64,000 bases of DNA from Antedon mediterranea (lineage: Eukaryota > Animalia > Echinodermata), in assembly GCF_964355755.1 (NCBI RefSeq), contig NC_092670.1, positions 8,856,201-8,920,200 of the forward strand. The letters run 5' to 3'. Every line of letters begins with the position of its first letter. The first letter of the stretch is position 1. The position numbers were made by a program, and so were the translations under genes. Positions 53,909 through 64,000 of this stretch are shown here, piece by piece. The notes beneath the pieces are model-generated. The model was not told the origin of the DNA, ran no database searches, and saw only the letters and a list, made by a program, of their open reading frames with translations.

Positions 53909-56900
53909 GGGTGTCACGAAAGCTCAGACCAGGGTGTGTCGAAAGCGAAGACCTCGAAAGCGAAGATCGAAGACCGAAGACCTCGAAAGCGAAGACCCTA
54001 CGAAATGGTAGTGTGCACAAAATCCGACCAAAATCATACAAAATCGTGATAACACCTTGAATTTACAAATCCTGAAAAAATATTTCAATTTTAATCGTTA
54101 TATTATAAAAAATCATGACTTTATCTATGAACAAGCTCACGTGTTTTCGCCAATGGAGTTAATATGTGATATAGTTTTACGAACAAACACATCGCGCTAT
54201 TTGGAAGGCGACGGACGCACAAGAAGGACCTCGCACATGAAATGTCACTTGTTCCGATAACAATTTAAAATCATAGCCAATTGTTTATAAGTATAGAAAT
54301 AAACTACAGTAAGTAAATTGTAAGAAGTAAAGGATGGCGGTAGGCCCGGTATTTAGGTTTATTTTAGAGCCTATAGGCCTATAAAAAGTGTCCGTATCAT
54401 AGATTTTACACTTGCTTTTAAATGTTAGGTACAGAGATCTTTTTTGCATTTAAATATTGCTATGTGTTTTTTATCTATAATATTTGCCTATTGTTTATTA
54501 TCTAAATGTATGAATAAATACAATAAGATATTCATTTTCCTGTATTGTATTTAAACTTTTACATTTTCCCATTGTAACTATTGCTATTTTACTTAATCGC
54601 CAGTTTCAAAATGTTTTCTAATGTATTCATAATAGACAAATAATAGGGCCTATATCAGTATCAGAATATTTAGTGTGGTTGGAGAAGCGACAGATGATGT
54701 AAAGAAAAATGTAAATTTTTTTTGGTTAATGAAATATTTATTTTCCTTTTTTGGAAAATAAATATTTCATTAACCAACGTATGAACCACTAAACAAAAAA
54801 AATTCTGCCGCAACGTATCGTTGGCGCGCGCAACAGAAAATCTATCTATCTATCTATTTTGCATCCCCTCTTACGATCGAGAATCATGATGAACGTAATA
54901 AAGCAGAAATGGTGTTGAACACATCGGTTCCCACTTGTGATGACACGCAACGTTATTTTCTTACGGCGCACTTTGCGTCGATCTGAAAACCAATTTCAGC
55001 TCTTAAAATATTTCCCGGGCCAATGACAGTTCGTCCCAATAGCTTACCGTGAACTAACGGAACTTTATTTTATATCTTTGTATTGTCAAAGTAAAAAATA
55101 ATACTGTATTCAAATTATGATTTGACAAAAGGCTAATACTGTAGAACGAACGATAGACATCACACTCTGAACATTTTTCTTGATCGTTAACCCGTTATAA
55201 TAGTATAATTCTGTTAGATTTGTTTGTATTAGTGTCAATTCTATATTTAAATGGTCAACAACCGGTAACCTGTTTCTTAATTAAAATTTTATGTTTTCTT
55301 TTGTTAATGGACACTCATGGCAGGGATGCAAACATTTAGAAGCGGGACGTCGACAATCTGTTGAAAATCGGGAGACTGTTGAATAGTCGTCTCAACCACA
55401 AGCCTGTGAGATAGAAGGTTGGGGGTTAGAGTGGTTAAGCCCGATAAACATTCACCATCACTTAATAAAGATTTATAGAGAGTATCTCTTTTTGTATTCA
55501 CCACGGGCAATGCTTGAAAACAAAAGTCAGTTTTTTATTTGATGATGAGGAAAATTGTGGTTGGCGGGAGTGGAACTTCATTAAACTAATCTTTTGACAG
55601 TGTCGGTAAACGTAATTACCGATATGAATAAACACCCGTTTTAATATTGAAAAATAAATTAAACGTGAACACACTATCGTCACTAATCACATTGCAACCG
55701 TAACAAAATCGGCAACTTGTAATTTTGGAGGGAATATTTTTTATTTCAATCTTTGTTTTGAATGGCTTTTGTCTTTGTGAACGTTGACATAATGCCGGCA
55801 TAATTATTCGGAATTATGGAAGCCGTGAAACAGATGATATGTCGCAGGAAACGACCGATTTATAACCAAAATTTGCAGAACGCTGATGCCTGTATCGTTC
55901 GTTCTTTTTACTTCTTGTCAAATCATAATTTGAATATATTCTGCCAAATTTGGCCCGGGAAATATTTTAAGAGCTGGAATTAGTTTCCAGATCGACGCAA
56001 AGTGCGCCTTAAGAACAAACTTGCGTGTCATCATAAGTGGGAACCGACGTGTTCAACACCGACTGCTTTACGTTCATCATGATTCTCGATCGTAAGAGGG
56101 GATGCAAAAATAGATAGAAGAGTATTAATTTCTTATGTTGCGCGCGCGTCAATACGATACGTTGCGGTAGGATGTTGTCGTTTAGTAGTTCATACGTTGG
56201 TTAATGAAATATTTATTTTACATTTTTCTTCTTTACATAGTACTGTCGCTTCGCCAACCACACTAACCGATACTGATAATATTATTTTTCCATTATGAAT
56301 ACATAAGAAAAACATTTTTAAACTGGCGAATAATTAAATCAGTAATACTGTAGTATTGGCTACAATGGGGAAAATGTACAAGTTTAAAATACTATACAGA
56401 ATAACTAAAGGAAAATAAATATCTTATTGTATTTATTCATACATTTAGACAATAGGCAAATATTATAGATAATAAACATACATCAACATAATAATATTTA
56501 AATGCAAAAAAAAGGATCTCTAAGTTGTATTCACGCGTACGTATAACATTTTTAAAAACAAGTGTAAAATCTATGATACGGACACTTTTTATAGGCCTAT
56601 ATAGGCTCTAAAATTAGGCTAAATAAGCATATGGCCATCCTTTACTTCTTACAATTTACTTACTTTAATTTATTTACTTTACTGTAGTTTATTTCTATAC
56701 TTTTCTATACAGTTGGCTATGGCTTTAAATTGTAGGCGACGTGTGCTACAATACAAAGTTATCGGAAAAAGTGACATTTAATATTGCATTCAATTCGAGG
56801 TCCTTCTTGTGTGTCCGTCGCCTTGCAAATAGCGCGATGTGTTTGTTCGTAAAACTATATCACATATTAACTCCATTGGCGAAAACACGTGAGCTTGTTC

Positions 56901-57430
56901 ATAGATAAAGTCATTTTTTTTGATAACATAACGATTAAAATCGAAATATTTTTTTAGAATCTGTAAATTCAAGGTGTTATCATCGATTTTGGTCGGATTT
57001 TGTGCACACTACCATTTCGTAGGGTCTTCGCTTTCGAGGTCTTCGGTCTTCGATCTTCGCTTTCGAGGTCTTCGCTTTCGACACACCCGCTCAGACCACG
57101 AAAGCTCAGACCCCCTAAGACCTAAGATCACGAAAGCTAAGACCCAACACCTAAGATTACAAATATTTATCTTTCGTTCGCACCTGCCTTGTATTTTAAC
57201 TCCTAACATTTATTCTGAATACCACACCTTAGAATTGGCACTTTCATGAAAAAGAATCACATAAAAAGTAACAAATACATTTTTAAATTGATGATTTTAC
57301 AGACGTTTTTCTCGCACACAAAATGACTAGCCTACAGTACAGTAGGCCTACCCCATGGGCCATGTTCAATGTTTTTGTTTCTATGGAACGTCAAAAGAGC
57401 AAAAATTATATAGAGGGCTGAAAACTCTGT
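53909..57430. mobile_element. Left part of an outer MULE-like element inserted in an ABCC4 exon (other end not found in window)
   Basis: GGGTGTCACGAAAGCTCAGACC at 53909 continues at 57099 with (CACGAAAGCT(C/A)AGAC)n after removal of the inner foldback. Confidence 0.6.
53932..57088. mobile_element. 3.2-kb foldback (MULE-like) element with ~1.2-kb inverted arms
   Basis: Arms ~53932-55161 and ~55884-57088; termini GGGTGTGTCGAAAGCGAAGACC / GGTCTTCGCTTTCGACACACCC; perfect 10-bp TSD GCTCAGACCA (53922-53931, 57089-57098). Confidence 0.9.
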
Positions 57431-57669
57431 GGAGTCCATCTACAGTGTGGATCAGGTATATAAACTATACCAAACTGGCGAGTAAATCATGTTTTACTTT
57501 TTAAACCTCGCAACGTCTGGTTGAAAAGGCTACTCGGACCAATAATTTCTATTAGCCTAGGAGTTATTGCGATTTGGACGTTTCTGATTGGCTGTAGCCA
57601 TGGACTATATTGATTAACACTGTTCTGATTGGTTGTAGCTTTGAATACATCTTCTCGGAACTCGTCCTT

Positions 57670-59060
57670 AATACAATAGCAATTTAGCACAGTGTTTTAC
57701 TATAATTAAATAGCAATTTAGGTAAATGTCTTTTGAAATGAAATTAAATAAATTATAACCAATTTGGTTAGAGTAAAACACAATGATAAAGAATAGGAAA
57801 CATTTAATAATATGATAAATTACATTTACATAGCAATTTAGCACTGTGTTTTACTATAACCAATTTGGTTAGAGTAAAACACAATGATAAAGAATAAGAA
57901 ACATTTAATAACATGATAAATGACATTTAGCAATTTAGCACTGTGTTTTACTATAACCAATTTGGTTAGAGTAAAGCACAATGATAAAGAATAGGAAACA
58001 TTTAATAACATGATAAATGACATTCACATAGCAATTTAGCACTGTGTTTTACTATAACCAATCAGATTAGAGTAAAACACAATGATAAAGAATAGGAAAC
58101 ATTTAATAATATGATATATAACATTTACATAGCAATTTAGCACTGTGTTTTACTATAACCAATTTGATTAGAGTAAAACACAATGATAAAGAATAGGAAA
58201 CATTTAATAACATGATAAATTACATTTACATAGCAATTTATCACTGTGTTTTACTATAACCAATTTGGTTAGAGTAAAACACAATGATAAAGAATAAGAA
58301 ACATTTAATAACATGATAAATGACATTTACATAGCAATTTAGCACTGTGTTTTACTATAACCAATTTGGTTAGAGTAAAGCACAATGATAAAGAATAGGA
58401 AACATTTAATAACATGATAAATGACATTCACATAGCAATTTAGCACTGTGTTTTACTATAACCAATCAGATTAGAGTAAAACACAATGATAAAGAATAGG
58501 AAACATTTAATAATATGATATATAACATTTACATAGCAATTTAGCACTGTGTTTTACTATAACCAATTTGATTAGAGTAAAACTCAACGATAAAGAATAG
58601 GAAACATTTAATAACATGATAAATTACATTTACATAGCAATTTATCACTGTGTTTTACTATAACCAATTTGGTTAGAGTAAAACACAATGATAAAGAATA
58701 GGAAACATTTAATAATATGATAAATTACATTTACATAGCAATTTATCACTGTGTTTTACTATAACCAATTTGGTTAGAGTAAAACACAATGATAAAGAAT
58801 AGGAATTTAATAATATGATAATAACATTTACATAGCAATTTAGCACTGTGTTTTACTATAACCAATTTGGTTATGGTAAAGCACAATGATAAAGAATAGG
58901 AAACATTTAAAAATATGATAAATGACATTCACATAGCAATTTAGCACTGTGTTTTACTATACCAATTTGATTAGAGTAAAACACAATGATAAAGAATATG
59001 AAACATTTAATAATATGATAAATTGCTAGCACTGTGTTTTACTATACCAATTTAGTTTTG
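57670..59060 (+). repeat. 101-bp satellite array, ~13 copies, each with internal hairpin
   Basis: Unit starts at 58029, 58130, 58231, 58332; contains TGTGTTTTACTATAACCAA-TTTGGTTAGAGTAAAACACA. Confidence 0.95.
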
Positions 59061-59450
59061 GATAAAGAATATGAATTTAAAGAATGGATATAATATGATA
59101 TGATACAATATGATTTTCTCCCAATTAGTAAGACATTTTGGAATACTGCGTGCGTAGTGCACCTAACAAGATCATGTTCGCTATTTAAAACTCACATTTT
59201 AAAACCGTAAACGCATAAATTTGCGGACATACTCGTAAAACACACTTCCAGAGATTTAATAATTTTAACAGTACTACAAAATCCATAATATAAAGTAGTA
59301 TAGATTTGTACAAAAAGAGCAGAACAATTAAATTAACTGTCATTACATCTACTGAACTGTCTCATTACATCTACTGAAAAATTCATCGCGATGAATTTAT
59401 TTATAATACACCAATCAGATCAAACGCAATTAGTATGAAATGCCAGTTTA

Positions 59451-60324
59451 GGCGATGATAAAATCGCGTCGATGATGCAATGAAAATTGCGTCGATGTGA
59501 TGAAAATTGCGTCGATGAATATAGTATTGATGTAATGATGTGATGAACATTGCGTCGATGAAAATTGCGTCGATGTAATGAAAATTGCGTTAATGTGATG
59601 AAAATTGCGTCGATGAAAAGTGCATCGATGAAAACTGCATCGATGAAAAAAAAAATAATTTTCATCGATGCAGTTTTCATCGATGAAAATTGCGATCTCC
59701 CTGCCGGTATGATTTGAATATGATGTCATGGATGCTGGACATCTGGATTTTATGTACTGAACTGGTGGATTAACGGAAGCAATTAGCTAGAAGATATAAT
59801 GTGTCCGAAAGGACAATAATGGATCCATTGCTAAAATGTGTTGACAATAAATCACTAAAATGTTAATCAGTGCATATATTTCAACATTGTTTTAGTGCGC
59901 GATCACTGTGCGCTTGTCTATAACGCGCGCTAGCGCAAGCGGTAAACATGTTTATCATATCAAAATATTCAGAAACCGTCAATTTTTAGCAACATAATAA
60001 CATTATTAACATCATTATTAACATCATCATTTACTTTACTAGTAGTCATTTTCATCATTGATTGAATTAAAACCATTTGGAATTTTCATAATCAATTAAA
60101 TTCATCACATCAATTTTCATCGATGCAGTTTTCATCGACGCAATTTTCATCGATGCATTTTTCATCGACGCAATTTTCATCGACGCAATTTTCATCGATG
60201 CAATTTTCATCGACGCAATGTAAATTGCGTCGACGCAATCTACATTGCATCGACGCAATCTACATTGCGTCGATGCAATTTTCATCGACGCAATTTCATC
60301 ATCGACGCAATTTTTATCATCGCC
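59451..60324. mobile_element. MITE with modular TIRs of 15-bp AAAATTGCGTCGATG units
   Basis: GGCGATGATAAAA...TTTTATCATCGCC termini; arrays 59451-59695 and 60105-60324 in opposite orientation. Confidence 0.8.
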
Positions 60325-60979
60325 AAAAACTTGTGTAAAACGGCGTTCCATAAGTGACGAATCGCATATTCGCCGTTTATTATTGTTGAGGCGCGTAAAC
60401 AGTGTGCGCAATGCACGTTTTCTTCCCATATGACGAGACGAATCGATATTCGACTCTTCGTGTGACGAATAATCGCCAAATTATAATTAATATAATTAAT
60501 TAATGAAATAAGATACGCAGTTGATGTTTGCATCAATTGTTCTTTAGAATAAATACTTTCGAAATACAAAACAAAAAATGTGTGGTGAGTGACGATATGT
60601 TCAATCATGGACCTATAAATTACTAATTTATAGGTCCATGATTCAATATCTGTAGCTTCAATTCAAACATAATGTAACAGAAAATTCGAAGCGTAAAAAA
60701 CGTTCGTTTACACAACACTTTTTTTTATACTTTATTATTGATTATTATATTATACAGGAATACTATTTATTTCCTCATTTCTACCCAAGAATAAACAATT
60801 TTTGGATACAAAACTTTATGTGAATTACATTACCAAAATATTAAAATGAGGATAAAAAAACATCGCGTAAAATACTCGTACTCAAAAGCTTCTGAAATTT
60901 GTAGATATATGTCATGAAAAAGAAATTTGACATTCCCAATAATTTTTTTTGGCAAAAATGTAATATATGAAACATACAG

Positions 60980-62780
60980 TTTACATAGTTTATCATTGTT
61001 TTTTATTAGAACCAATATGGTTACACAGTTAAACATAGTGATAAAGAATAGATACTTGTTAGGTTACTACCCTACCCTCTAGTTTGAAGCGACATTATAA
61101 ATTCATCGAGAAAAAAAACGTATCGTATTCAGAAACGTTTGACATTTTGTATAGATATGTTCAATAAGACAAAACAAATTATAAATTTCAAGACAAATCG
61201 ATGATTTCCATTATTTGCATTTCAAAAAATTCACACTTATGAAAGACCATACATTTTCAACATTTCCTTTTTTCTGTGTACCGAGTTTAGAAACTTTTTG
61301 AATACCAGACGTATTTTTTTTTTATGCTTTTTCATTTGAATTGTAGTATAAAATGTCATTGAAACGAGATAAAAATCATACAAGACATGTTATAATAGGT
61401 TGCTCTATATACATAACAAAATTAGTTCTTTTTTTTGGTAAGAATCGCCAATGAAGTAGAAAGTTATTTCAGATGTAGTGTGCATTTATACGTCATTAAT
61501 AGTAGGCCTAAAATATAATATTAAATATTATAAAGAATATCAAACATTTTATGTTATGAAAAATAAAATTGACATATAAGTTTATCATTGTGTTTTACTA
61601 TAACCATTTTGGTTAAAAGTTAAACACAGTGAGTGATAAAGAATAGAACTGTTTTAGTTTATTTAACCCTAACCCTAGTTTGAAGCGATCACATATTTAA
61701 TATTCATCGCTAAAAATACGTATCGTCTTGAAAAACGTTTGATATTTGGTAGATATGTTCAATATAGGTTCTTACATCTATAATGCAAAAGAAATATCCT
61801 AATAGTTTTATTTTGATTTCTGAGAATCATCAATGAAGTAAAAATGTGTTGGAAATGTATTGTCTTTCATAAGTGTAAATGTTTAGAAATGCAAATTATT
61901 AAAATCACGAATTTGTCTTGAAACTTTTATTTTTTGTTTGTTTTATAGACGTAAGAACCTATTGAACATATTTACCAAATTTCAAATGTTTCTGAATACG
62001 ATACGTATTTTTTCGCGATGAATTAAGTATGTGATCGCTTCAAACTAGGGTTAGAGTTATATAACCTAAAACAGTGTCTATTCTTTATCATTGTGTTTAA
62101 CTGTGTAACCAAATTGGTTCTGTAAAACAAGATGATAAACTATGTAACTTGTATTTATTATTATTACATTATATGTATCCTATAATGTAATATGAAAAAT
62201 AAAATGTACATAGTTTATCATTGTGTTGTACTAAAACCAATTTGGTTAAAAGTTAAACACAGTGTTAAAGAATGAACTGTTAGGTTATTTAACCCTAACC
62301 CTAGTTTGAAGCGATCACATACTTAATTCATCGATAAAAATACGTATCGTCTTAAAAAACGTTTGAAATTTGGTACATGTTCAATATAGGTTCTTACATC
62401 TATAATGTAAAAGAAATATCATAATTTGTTTTATTTTGATTTCTGGGAATCATCAATGAAGTAAAAATGTGTTGGAAAATGTATGGTATTTCATAAGTGT
62501 ACATTTTTAGAAATGCAAATTATTAAAATCACGAATTTTTTGTGAAATTTTTATTTTTTGTTTGTTTTATAGACGTAAGAACCTATTAAACATATCTAAC
62601 AAATTTCAAAAGTTTCTAAATACGATACGTACTTTTTCGCGATGAATTTATTATGTCGCTTCAAACTAGGGTTAGGGTTATATAACCTAAAACAGTATCT
62701 ATTCTTTATCACTGTGTTTAACTGTGTCACCAAATTGGTTCTGTAAAACAAGATGATAAACTATGTAACTTGTATTTATT
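60980..62780. repeat. ~630-bp palindromic modules with TAACCCTAACCCTAG motifs
   Basis: Arm TAACCCTAACCCTAGTTTGAAGCGA...GTTCTTACATCTATAA on + at ~61065, 61664, 62290 and on - at ~61945-62070, 62570-62700. Confidence 0.8.
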
Positions 62781-62849
62781 ATATTATTACATTATATGTA
62801 TCCTATTCTTTTCATAACGTTTAGATAATAAGATATGTTTAATATAATA

Positions 62850-64000
62850 TTTTGCTATGTAAATAATATCATATAATAAATGTTTCATTATCATTGTGTT
62901 TTACTGTAACCAAATTGGCTATAGTAAAACACAATACTAAATTTGTATGTAAATGTATCATATTATTATATGTTTCCTATTCTTAATTTGTGTTTTACTG
63001 TATCCAGCACAGTGCTAAATATCATTTATCATAGTTAAAATGTTTTACTCTAACCAAATTGGTTATAGTAAAACACAGTGATAAATTACTATGTAAATGT
63101 CATTTATCATATTATTAATGAAATGTTTCATATTCTTTATCATTGTGCTTTACTCTAATCAAATTGGTTATAGTAAAACACAGTGCTAAATTTATATGTG
63201 AATGTCATTTATCATGTTATTAAATGTTTCCCATTCTTTATCATTGTGTTTTACTCTAACCAAATTGGTTATAGTAAAACACAGTGCTAAATTGCTATGT
63301 AATGACATTTATCATATTATTAAATGTTTCCTATTCTATATCATTGTGCTTTACCATAACCAAATTGGTTATAGTAAAACATGGTGCTAAATTGCTATGT
63401 AAATAATCATTATTATTAAATGTTTCCTATTCTATATCATTGTGCTTTACCATAACCAAATTGGTTATAGTAACACACAGTGATAAATTGCTATGTAAAT
63501 GTCATTTATCATATTATTAAATGTTTCCTATTCTTTATCATTATGTTTTACTTTAACCAAATTGGTTATAGTAAAACACAGTGCTAAATTGCTATGTAAA
63601 TGTCATTTATCATATTATTAAATGTTTCCTATTCTATATCATTGTGCTTTACCATAACCAAATTGGTTATAGTAAAACACAGTGATAAATTGCTATGTAA
63701 ATTTCATTTATCATATTATTAAATGTTTCCTATTCTATATCATTGTGTTTTACTATAACCAAATTGGTTATAGTAAAACACAGTGCTAAATTGCTATGTA
63801 AATAATCATTATTATTAAATATTTCCTATTCTTTATCATTGTGTTTTACTCTAACCAAATTGGTTATAGTAAAACACAGTGCTAAATTGCTATGTAAATG
63901 TCATATATCATATTATTAAATTCCTATTCTTTATCATTCTGCTTTACTTTAACCAAATTGGTTATAGTAAAACACAGTGCTAAATTGCTATGTAAATGTC
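62850..64000 (-). repeat. 101-bp satellite array in inverted orientation, runs off the window
   Basis: Reverse complement of the 57670-59060 unit. Confidence 0.95.

Noticed and set aside
59420-60608. Repetitive ORFs (MKIAS/TQFSS repeats), likewise 12345-12586, 50839-51030 and 57838-58928
   Set aside because: Translations of tandem DNA repeats with no protein signal.
61060-62690. Telomere or telomerase RNA template
   Set aside because: Only two TAACCC units per module, embedded in a repeat; no supporting RNA structure seen.

Overview
AT-rich (roughly two-thirds AT by eye) intron-containing animal genomic DNA, probably a marine invertebrate; the taxon cannot be fixed from sequence alone. Host genes: Elongin A (+, 5' exon outside the window, 785-7342); an intact 334-aa ORF (12949-13953, +) whose N-terminus resembles the RAG1 N-terminal/Chapaev zinc-binding domain; two tandem, apparently intact 9-coding-exon SLCO/OATP paralogues (-); and the 3' two-thirds of an ABCC4/MRP4-type gene (-) that looks recently pseudogenised (a +5 bp TA-CAG-TA transposon footprint frameshift and a large nested transposon insertion inside an exon). 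The rest is dense in mobile DNA: two LINEs, a Penelope fragment with inverted pLTRs and a hammerhead-like motif, a Helitron, a 5S-derived SINE, Kolobok/hAT/Harbinger/Ginger-like/MULE-like non-autonomous elements, a 3.2-kb foldback and inverted 101-bp satellite arrays. The most striking window-wide signal is a record of cut-and-paste excision scars: about 55 TAC(A/T)GTA heptamers, more than 20 TAGGCCTA octamers and P-element-type palindromic footprints, several confirmed as insertions by comparing duplicated copies within the window. All counts and alignments were done by eye.
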